A stretch of DNA of 64,000 nucleotides from Candidatus Aminicenantes bacterium (GTDB taxonomy: Bacteria; Acidobacteriota; Aminicenantia; Aminicenantales; Aminicenantaceae). Location: positions 5,899-69,898 of the forward strand of contig JAWODN010000121.1 of assembly GCA_046483285.1 (NCBI GenBank), read 5' to 3'. Shown piece after piece: positions 9,541 through 16,643 of the stretch (the stretch's first letter is position 1; the number at the start of each line of letters is the position of its first letter). Under the pieces are notes generated by a model. The model saw only the letters and a list, made by a program, of their open reading frames with translations. It ran no database searches and was not told the DNA's origin. A program made the translations under genes and the position numbers.

Positions 9541-9900
9541 CGGTCTGACCTATACCTTAGCCTGAATTATTCATAAAAAAATTGCGATGTTTTTGCCAAT
9601 CTTTCCGTAACTGCGATATTCATCATTTTTATAAAAAGAACAAACATTACGTTTTTCCTTGCCGGCCTTTCATTATGATCGCAATTTTTTTACCCTTCGG
9701 GACGACATGCCGCTTTGTCATTGCGAGGCTTGCGCAAGCAAGCCGTGGCAATCCCTTTCTGCCTCGTGAAAGCGGAACCCGCCGCCCATACGAGGCAGTC
9801 AGGGATCCCTCGGTGCTTCGCACCGCGGGATGACATTGAATTAAAGAATTGTCGTCGTCTGCGGCAATCCCGGCCCGTGAATAAGCCAGACAAGTCTGAA
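9541..9900. repeat. copy of the mosaic intergenic repeat family: 9-bp-repeat remnant, module A (TTAGCCTGAnnTATTCATAAAAAAATnGCGATG), hairpin unit, module D
   Basis: 9561-9595 matches 13826-13858, 29369-29400 and 58276-58310. 9700-9835 matches the 155-bp tandem unit at 14058. 9836-9895 (ACATTGAATTAAAGAATTGTCGTCGTCTGCGGCAATCCCGGCCC) recurs at 29700-29750 and 58550-58600. Confidence 0.8.
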
Positions 9901-10128
9901 CTATACCTTAGAAAATCGAATCCTCGTGGCCATGGGAGCGGGAGATGGATCGCCGCCACGCGGATGTCCCCGGCGAGAACATCCGCTCCGATTCCGGCTT
10001 CGCTCTCCTCTCCTGCGGAGAGGAACCATGCCCGCTCAGCCTTCATACGGGCCGGCTTATCCATCATCCCGCCCCCATGGCAAAAGTTCAAAATCCGCGC
10101 CAATCGCGGCACGGCTGGCATATCAGGA

Positions 10129-11856
10129 TTATTTTTTCTGAAGCTCCTCCCTGGGTTTGAGGTCGTTGTATTCGATCAGCAGTTTCAGCCACCAATCCGG
10201 ATATTCCAGGGAATTCCGTTTCCGGTTTTCCGTGTCGTAAATCCAAAGGTGATTGTATTTGACCAGCAGCTGATCACCCAGTTCCCACCAGGCGTCCACC
10301 ACTCTGTGAGCGTTGCCGACGCTGTAATCAGTCAGGAAACGGATGGCTTGTTCCGGATCTTTTTGGTAAAGGCTGTGCGCGAATTCGTCCACTTGGGGGG
10401 TGCGGTCCACCGCAGATTTTTCCCATCTTTGCTGGGCTTCCCGGACGTCCTTTATGGCGTATGAATACACCACCTGGGTGTGGAAATCGACATAATCAAA
10501 GGCCCAGCGGGCGGAATCCCGGTTGAACTCCCAGTGGTCTCCGATTTCAAAGGAGCGGGGAATTTCGGTGATTCCCGAATAAAGCGGCATGAAGCAGGAG
10601 GTGTCCTGCGCGCCCAAAGCCAGCCAGACGATGCCTCCGATGGGATTGGGAAGCCAGTCCCGGGTTTGAGTGACGGTGACGTATTCGGCGCGGTTGACTC
10701 CGATGATCCGGGCGGTATCGTATCTTTGACCGTCCCGTTCGAATCCGTAAGGGAGGCGGTTGGGATTGGAAAAGGGCCCCCCTTGGACGCCGCGCGCCGG
10801 ATCAAAAGGTGTGCCTTCAAATTGGTCCCGGGTTATATTCATGACATCATGAACAGATAATTTTTGATCGGGCTTGACCGAAAAAGGAAATTCCATATTG
10901 GGGGTCTCCGGGCTGAATTCCCTGGAAGGGGCCGCCAGGTCGAAGAACCGCCACATCCGGGCGCGGGACCCTTGACTTTCGGCGGCGCTGGTCTCGGCGG
11001 GGGAATACGCTTTTTTCCAGTTGAAAGATTCTCCGCTGTCCGGGTCATAGAAACCCTGTTCTACTGCGTAGGAAATGACATTGGGAGAGGCCATGAATTC
11101 GTCAGGGTTGTCCAGATTGATTTTCCCGATGCGGGATTCATTGGGGCAGACGCTGACATGATCGTCGGGCACTCTTTGTGCGCACCAGACGGAGCCGGGC
11201 TTGCCGCTTTCCGGTGTCCAGAGCGGACCGACCGGCATGATTTCAAAGATCCAGACTTCGTTGGGATCGGAGACAGCCAGCATTTCTCCGCTATCGGTAT
11301 GGCCGTAGCCGTGGGCTTCCGTAAGCTCCCCCATAATTTTAATGGCTTCGCGGGCTGTGGACGCCCGTTCCATGGCGATAAGGGTCAGCATGGTGATGTC
11401 GAATTTGGCGGAAGGGGTGGGATTTTGCATTTTTTTCCGGCAGCCGATGGTGGACTCGCCCAGAGCGACCTGCTGGTCGTTCATGTATCCGAACATGCCG
11501 TGAATATAGGCATGAGTGCGGGGAACTTGAGGGATTTCCAATCCGGTGAAATCCTGTTTGTACAATTCCCATTTCAAGCCCTCACTGGGAGGCCAGGTGT
11601 GAAACTGATTGATGTGATAGATCTTGCGCATGGCTCCGGGTTCATGTTCGGCAGCCGGGACAAGGCGGAAAGTCCAGTCGCAGACACCGCAGTCGCAGGT
11701 GTGGGTGGTCATGACGGAACCGTCGGTTGAGGCCTTTTTTCCCACAATAACGACGGTGCATTTATCCGGGACGGGATAAACACTTTTTTCAGCCGCCGCG
11801 GTCCAAGCGGTTAACGCCAGGATCGCGCATAATACCCATGTGATTTTAGGTTTCAA
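10129..11856 (-). CDS. secreted peptidase, C69 family-like Ntn-hydrolase (dipeptidase)
   Basis: 575 aa. Signal peptide MKPKITWVLCAILALTAWTAAA, then CTVVIVGKKASTDGSVMTTHTCDC, which resembles the N-terminal Cys nucleophile region of C69/Ntn dipeptidases. TTG start at 11854-11856. Confidence 0.55.
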   Translation of the reverse strand: MKPKITWVLCAILALTAWTAAAEKSVYPVPDKCTVVIVGKKASTDGSVMTTHTCDCGVCDWTFRLVPAAEHEPGAMRKIYHINQFHTWPPSEGLKWELYKQDFTGLEIPQVPRTHAYIHGMFGYMNDQQVALGESTIGCRKKMQNPTPSAKFDITMLTLIAMERASTAREAIKIMGELTEAHGYGHTDSGEMLAVSDPNEVWIFEIMPVGPLWTPESGKPGSVWCAQRVPDDHVSVCPNESRIGKINLDNPDEFMASPNVISYAVEQGFYDPDSGESFNWKKAYSPAETSAAESQGSRARMWRFFDLAAPSREFSPETPNMEFPFSVKPDQKLSVHDVMNITRDQFEGTPFDPARGVQGGPFSNPNRLPYGFERDGQRYDTARIIGVNRAEYVTVTQTRDWLPNPIGGIVWLALGAQDTSCFMPLYSGITEIPRSFEIGDHWEFNRDSARWAFDYVDFHTQVVYSYAIKDVREAQQRWEKSAVDRTPQVDEFAHSLYQKDPEQAIRFLTDYSVGNAHRVVDAWWELGDQLLVKYNHLWIYDTENRKRNSLEYPDWWLKLLIEYNDLKPREELQKK

Positions 11857-11895
11857 TGATAACCTCCTTTTTGGCTTTTGCCAAAATTACTTATT

Positions 11896-12140
11896 CGTTC
11901 GAAAATAACAAAAATAGTCCATTTCGTCTGTCTGGTCTGTCTGGTTTATCTGGTCTATCTCGTTTATCTGGTTTATCTGGTCTGTCTGGTTTATCTGGTT
12001 TGAAAAGGGCGGGAAAGGCGAGAAAGGCGAGAAAAGCAGAAGGCCTCTGAAAAAATTAAACATGAACATTTTCATATCTTGCCTGTGGCGAAGCCCCCAT
12101 GGCAGCCGTTCGGAAGTGACACTCATGGCCGGCCCGCTCA
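11896..12140. repeat. mosaic repeat copy: 5' module (CGAAAATAACAAAAATAGTCCATTTCGTCT), eight 9-bp tandem units (GTYTRTCTG, 11926-11997), module E (GGCGAGAAAGGCGAGAAAAGCAGAAGGCCTCTGAAAAAATTAAACATGAACATTTTCAT)
   Basis: The same module order recurs at 38190-38340 (about 95% identity for module E). The 9-bp repeats match those at 13761-13823 and 18951-19004. Lies immediately upstream of the TTG start of the C69 peptidase gene. Confidence 0.8.
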
Positions 12141-12176
12141 TCATCCAAACTTATATACCTCGATGGCAGACTTGTG

Positions 12177-13541
12177 TCAATATTCTTCATTCGCTTCTAT
12201 TTTTATAATCCGGGAGGTGGTCTTTGTGACCCGGAAATCATGGGAAACCGGAAAGCCCGGAATCCAGACAATCCGGTCTTGAGAAAGGATCACCGGATAC
12301 CGGTCTCTCAATTCGGGGGCTATGTTCCGGCTCCGGAATATTTCTTTAAGCGGTTTTCGCCCGGGCGCTCTCAGAGGGCGGTAGCGGTCTCCCCGGCGGC
12401 GGTTGCGCACCCGCAGGGGGAATGCGATTTTGGCGGCATCCAGCCAGGCATGTTTCCGGTCGTCGAATTCCAGCTTGTCCGGCCCCGGATTCTTTCTTTT
12501 TTCCAAATCCAAACTCATGGCGGCTTCGGGAATCCGCAAAGGTGATGTTCCTTCCCATTTCATATCGAAGCTCAGGGAATACGGTTTCGGTCTCAGCGTG
12601 AGGAGGCCCCGGATGTTTTTTATGACCAGGCCTTTTTCCAGGGGGAACATCCGGTCTTTTCCCAGCTGAAGAAGAATGTCCGCGTCCTCGAATGTCAGTC
12701 CTCTGACACCCCCCCGCAAACGGCGGTAAAATTCCCGGATGACCCGGCGGCGGAGAGCCAAGGGTATGCCGTCCAATCCGGATGTTCTCAGGGCCGGCCG
12801 GCCTTGAAAGTCACTTTCCACTGATTGAAAGACATCCATAGCCTGTTTATGCATATAATCATCTTCGGCCTGGATGATTTCAGCCATCCGGCCCAGCCGG
12901 GCTTCAATCCGGGGGTAGACCTCCTTTTTTAGAAGGGGCATCACGCGGTGGCGGATCCGGCTTCGGAGAAAACGCGGATCGATGTTGGTCTCATCCACAC
13001 GGTACTCCATTCCCTTCCGGTCAAGATAAGCCAACACCTCTTCCCGGCTCACTCCAATCAGGGGACGCACGATGCGGCCCCGGCGCGGTTGAATCCCTCC
13101 CAGTCCCCTCATGCCGGCGCCCCGGAAAAGATGCATCAGGACCGTTTCGGCCTGGTCGTTCAGGGTGTGACCGACGGCGATTTTCGCCGCACCGGACTTT
13201 CGGGCGGTTTCTTCCAAAAAAGCATACCGGCGTTTCCGGCAGGCTTCTTCCAGATTCATTTTATGTTCACGGGCGTAAAGGCGGATGTCTTCCCGCCGGC
13301 ACTCACAGGCAAGCGAAAACCGCCGGGCGAGAGACTGGACGAATTTTTCATCTCCTCCGGCGGATTTCCGGAGTTGGTGGTTGAAGTGGGCCACTGTCAG
13401 CTCCAGCTTCCAGGATAAATCCATCAGGGCCAGCAGAAGAGCGACCGAATCCGGACCCCCGGAGCACGCCGCCGCCACCTTGTCCCCCGGACTCAACAAT
13501 TGATGACGGCGGATGGTTTTCTCAATCTTTGACAGAAACAT
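12177..13541 (-). CDS. tilS: tRNA(Ile)-lysidine synthetase
   Basis: 454 aa. N-terminal PP-loop SPGDKVAAACSGGPDSVALLLAL (SGGxDS). Length and C-terminal domain are typical of TilS. Confidence 0.8.
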   Translation of the reverse strand: MFLSKIEKTIRRHQLLSPGDKVAAACSGGPDSVALLLALMDLSWKLELTVAHFNHQLRKSAGGDEKFVQSLARRFSLACECRREDIRLYAREHKMNLEEACRKRRYAFLEETARKSGAAKIAVGHTLNDQAETVLMHLFRGAGMRGLGGIQPRRGRIVRPLIGVSREEVLAYLDRKGMEYRVDETNIDPRFLRSRIRHRVMPLLKKEVYPRIEARLGRMAEIIQAEDDYMHKQAMDVFQSVESDFQGRPALRTSGLDGIPLALRRRVIREFYRRLRGGVRGLTFEDADILLQLGKDRMFPLEKGLVIKNIRGLLTLRPKPYSLSFDMKWEGTSPLRIPEAAMSLDLEKRKNPGPDKLEFDDRKHAWLDAAKIAFPLRVRNRRRGDRYRPLRAPGRKPLKEIFRSRNIAPELRDRYPVILSQDRIVWIPGFPVSHDFRVTKTTSRIIKIEANEEY

Positions 13542-13629
13542 CTTATCCGGATTATATCAAAATCCTGAATGGAAGACACATGCGGGAAGATGATCCGTGC
13601 CCCTGCTCATTGTCCAGGCTGAGTGAGGA

Positions 13630-13658
13630 TTGACTTTGCTTCCCAATCTGACTATACT
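13630..13658 (+). promoter_or_regulatory. candidate sigma70 promoter for the tRNA (TTGACT-N17-TATACT)
   Basis: TTGACT at 13630-13635 and TATACT at 13653-13658, with a 17-nt spacer, about 25 nt upstream of the tRNA 5' end. Confidence 0.4.
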
Positions 13659-13682
13659 TGACCTCTGAAAAATTACCGTCAT

Positions 13683-13756
13683 GGCGGTGTAGCTCAGTCG
13701 GTTAGAGCATACGGCTCATATCCGTAGCGTCGGGGGTTCGAATCCCTCCACCGCCA
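13683..13756 (+). tRNA. tRNA with CAU anticodon (elongator tRNA-Met or lysidine-type tRNA-Ile2)
   Basis: Cloverleaf GGCGGTG/CACCGCC acceptor stem, D-arm TAGCTCAGTCGGTTAGAGCA, anticodon stem TACGG/CCGTA with loop CTCATAT, T-arm GGTTCGAATCC. The fully paired 1-72 pair argues against an initiator. CCA is not encoded. Confidence 0.85.
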
Positions 13757-13760
13757 TTCA

Positions 13761-13823
13761 GTTTATCTTGTTTGTCTAGTTTGTCTTGTTTGTCTTGTTT
13801 GTCTTGTTTATCTAGTTTGTTTA
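13761..13823. repeat. seven 9-bp tandem units (GTTTRTCTW) directly abutting the tRNA 3' end
   Basis: gtttatctt gtttgtcta gtttgtctt gtttgtctt gtttgtctt gtttatcta gtttgttta. Same 9-bp family as 11926-11997 and 18951-19004. Confidence 0.85.
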
Positions 13824-14057
13824 GCCTGACCTATTCATAAAAAAATGGCGATGACACCGTCCCCTTTGGGCGGGCCTGTCCCACCGCATCTGACTATCTC
13901 TTGTCATTCATGGTCACCCCGGGCGTTACTATGTCATCACGAGCGCCCCCTTGTCATCCCGGGAGAAGCGAAGGACCCCAGACTGCTTCGAATTGGCAAC
14001 CCATTGTTCATACGTCCTGGCGAAAGCACTCACAGATCCCTTTTCACTTCGCTCCCC
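13824..14057. repeat. mosaic repeat modules A and G (MITE-like palindromic unit GTCATCC...GGGACGAC)
   Basis: 13826-13858 is module A. 13936-14057 matches 29581-29700 and, reverse-complemented, 60700-60790. Its ends are an inverted repeat (GTCATCCTGAGCGGAGCGA / TCGCTCCGCTCCTCGGGACGAC in the 29581 copy). Confidence 0.75.
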
Positions 14058-14590
14058 GGGACGACATGCCCCTTGTCATTGCGAGGCTTGCGTCAGCAAG
14101 CCGTGGCAATCCCTTCCTGCCTGGTGAAAGCGGAACCCCCCGCCCATACCAGTCAGGGATCCCTCGGTGCTTCGCACCGCGGGATGACACACCCAAAGGC
14201 ACGGCGTGCCCCGGGACGACATGCCCCTTGTCATTGCGAGGCTTGCGTCAGCAAGCCGTGGCAATCCCTTCTTGCCTGGTGAAAGCGGAACCCCCCGCCC
14301 ATACCAGTCAGGGATCCCTCGGTGCTTCGCACCGCGGGATGACACACCCAAAGGCACGGCGTGCCCCGGGACGACAAGCCCCTTGTCATTGCGAGGCTTG
14401 CGTCAGCAAGCCGTGGCAATCCCTTCCTGCCTGGTGAAAGCGGAACCCCCCGCCCATACCAGGCAGGGATCCCTCGGTGCTTCGCACCGCGGGATGACAC
14501 ACCCAAAGGCACGGCGTGCCCTGGGACGACAAGCCCCTTGTCATTGCGAGGCTTGCGTCAGCAAGCCGTGGCAATCCCTTCCTGCCTCGT
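14058..14590. repeat. tandem array of a 155-bp hairpin-rich unit (3 full copies plus 1 truncated)
   Basis: GGGACGACATGCCCC recurs at 14058, 14213, 14368 and 14523, an exact 155-bp period with >95% identity. Each unit has an extended hairpin ATTGC-GA-GGCTTGC-GTCA-GCAAGCC-GTG-GCAAT and palindromes AGGGATCCCT, GGTGCTTCGCACC, GGCACGGCGTGCC. Single copies of the unit occur at 9700, 18700 (rc), 58415 and 60390-60660 (rc). Confidence 0.9.
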
Positions 14591-14685
14591 CTGAACCATC
14601 CGGATCCGGTACCGCTTTCTCTCTATAAAGCCGTCACGGATCCCTCATCACTACGTTTCTCAAGATGACATAGGGGCAACAAACG

Positions 14686-14724
14686 CAAGCAACGCAACAA
14701 ACGCAACAAACGCAAGCAACGCAA
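14686..14724. repeat. microsatellite (CAAACGCAAG/CAACGCAA units) at the 3' end of asnB
   Basis: gcaacaaacgcaagcaacgcaacaaacgcaacaaacgcaagcaacgcaa. Its reverse complement, a GCGTT-rich tract, is echoed at 18905-18945. Confidence 0.6.
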
Positions 14725-14732
14725 ATAAGGGG

Positions 14733-16643
14733 TCAGTCCAGGTAGTGATCTTTCCATATGGAAAAGACCAGCAGCGCCCAAATTTGATGACTGTTGTTCC
14801 GGGAGCCGTCAAGATGGCTGCGGATAAGGCGCTCCACCTCGCCGGTCCGGAAATAACCGTCTTGTTTAATCCGGGCTGAATCCAGCCTCTCCAGCATCAG
14901 TTCTTTCAGTTCCTCCCGGAGCCAATGCTTGATGGGGATGCTGAATCCTTCTTTTTTCCGGTAGATGTTCTCCCGGGGCAGGAGCCGCTCCATGGTTTTC
15001 TTGAGAAACCATTTGGTGGTCAGCCCCTTCAATTTATACCGCCCCGGCAGCCGGAACATGAATTCCACCACTTTGTGGTCGAGCAGCGGGACCCGCGTTT
15101 CCAGGGAAGCCGCCATGCTCATCCGGTCCACTTTGACCAGGATATCGTCGATCAAGTAGGTGTGCAGGTCCAGATAAAGTTCACCGTTCTGAGAGTCAAA
15201 GCTCTCCGCCTTTTGAAAAAAAGCCGGAAAAGGTGGGGTGTGATACAGGGGGCTGCCGCCGTTTAAGGATTCAAGGAATTCCGGGGTGTATAAGCGGTTC
15301 TTCGCCTGGGGAGAGAGAAATGTCATCCACCGGAAATGACGGAGCCGGGGATCCAATTCCAAACCCTGGCCGTAGCGTTGAAGCTTGTTCCAGACCCCTT
15401 TTTTTCTGGGAGAAGGCGGCATGCGGCGGGCGATATGGGGCAGGAGGGCATTCACCGGAGAAAGCCACGGCGACCGGGCCAGCTTTTGAGCCTGATAATG
15501 TTCGTAGCCGCCGCAGACTTCATCCCCCCCGTCTCCGGAAAGGATCACTTTAACGTGCTTTCGGGCCATCCGGGACACTAAATAGGTGGGGAAAATGGAG
15601 AAATCACCGAAAGGTTCATCCAGGTGGCGGATGAGTTTTTCGGTCAGTTCCAGGGCGTCGGGCCGGATGACGAATTCTTCGTGGTCGGTGGCGAATTTCC
15701 GGGCCACCCGGCGGGCGTGGCCCAATTCGTTGTATGAGCTGTCTTCGAACCCGATGGAAAAAGTTTTAAGAGGGGAGACACCCAGGTCCCGCATCAATCC
15801 CACTACGGCGGAGGAATCGATGCCGCCGCTGAGAAAAGCCCCCAGAGGGACATCACTGATCAATCTCATTTGAACCGATTCTTTCAGCAGGGCATAAAAT
15901 TCATCCTGCAGGGAATCAAGCGGGCGGAGGGGATCCGGATTATTTTGTTCAGGAGTGATGTCCCAGTAACGGCGGATATCCATTCGTCCCTGCCGGTACT
16001 GGAGGAGGCATCCGGCCGGCAGCTTGTGGATGTCAGTGAAGATGGAGCGGGGCGCCGGTATGTATTCCAACGTGAGAAAAAGATCCAGCGCCCGGGGATC
16101 GATATCCCGGGGCATTCCGGGGTAGGCCAGAACGGCTTTAAGCTCAGACCCGAACACCAGGGTCTTGTCCTGAAGCCGGGTATAATAAAGCGGTTTGATT
16201 CCCAGGCGGTCACGAAAAAGAAAAAGGCTTTTTGTCCGGTCATCCCATATAGCGGCTGCGAACATGCCCCGCAGTTTCTTGACCATATCCCGGCCCCATT
16301 CTTCATAGGCGTGCAAAATGGTTTCCGTATCCGTGCGGGTCTTGAAGCGGTGGCCCCGTCCGGCCAGTTCCTGTTTGAGTTCGGGAAAATTGTAAACTTC
16401 CCCGTTGTAAGCGATCCGGATGGTTTCATCTTCATTGGAAATGGGCTGGTGCCCGGTTTCCAGGTCGATGATGCTCAAGCGCCTGGCCCCCAGGGCGGCT
16501 CCCTGTCCGGCATACAAGCCTTGATCGTCCGGCCCGCGGTGGGTGATGGTCCGGCACATCGTCTCCAGGCGGTCCGCACTGGTTTTTGTCCTTGAATCCG
16601 GGAGCGCGAATCCGCAGATGCCGCACATGGTCACTCCGGCCAA
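14733..16643 (-). CDS. asnB: asparagine synthetase (glutamine-hydrolysing) family amidotransferase
   Basis: 636 aa. N-terminal Cys nucleophile MCGICGF. PP-loop SGGIDSS. Typical AsnB length. Confidence 0.85.
   Translation of the reverse strand: MAGVTMCGICGFALPDSRTKTSADRLETMCRTITHRGPDDQGLYAGQGAALGARRLSIIDLETGHQPISNEDETIRIAYNGEVYNFPELKQELAGRGHRFKTRTDTETILHAYEEWGRDMVKKLRGMFAAAIWDDRTKSLFLFRDRLGIKPLYYTRLQDKTLVFGSELKAVLAYPGMPRDIDPRALDLFLTLEYIPAPRSIFTDIHKLPAGCLLQYRQGRMDIRRYWDITPEQNNPDPLRPLDSLQDEFYALLKESVQMRLISDVPLGAFLSGGIDSSAVVGLMRDLGVSPLKTFSIGFEDSSYNELGHARRVARKFATDHEEFVIRPDALELTEKLIRHLDEPFGDFSIFPTYLVSRMARKHVKVILSGDGGDEVCGGYEHYQAQKLARSPWLSPVNALLPHIARRMPPSPRKKGVWNKLQRYGQGLELDPRLRHFRWMTFLSPQAKNRLYTPEFLESLNGGSPLYHTPPFPAFFQKAESFDSQNGELYLDLHTYLIDDILVKVDRMSMAASLETRVPLLDHKVVEFMFRLPGRYKLKGLTTKWFLKKTMERLLPRENIYRKKEGFSIPIKHWLREELKELMLERLDSARIKQDGYFRTGEVERLIRSHLDGSRNNSHQIWALLVFSIWKDHYLD

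Noticed and set aside
13936-14057. Integron attC-site hypothesis for the palindromic modules (G module and hairpin units)
   Set aside because: Ends are GTCATCC / GGGACGAC rather than the RYYYAAC / GTTRRRY core sites. No integrase or cassette-like promoterless ORFs.
14058-14590. CRISPR array hypothesis for the 155-bp tandem repeats
   Set aside because: Whole 155-bp units are conserved with no variable spacers. The unit is far longer than CRISPR repeats. No cas genes in the window.
13845-14628. ORF-track entries inside the tandem repeats (13845..14282, 13901..14437, 14206..14628, 14361..14594, and the minus-strand 14076..14357, 14231..14512, 14386..14574) with near-identical repeated peptides
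   Set aside because: They are produced by reading through exact copies of a 155-bp non-coding unit in several frames and on both strands. Overlapping, mutually exclusive, low-complexity, no start context. The same applies to 9582..10464, 18631..18952, 58324..58557, 60336..60870 and the LSGLSGLSG ORF 11856..12050.
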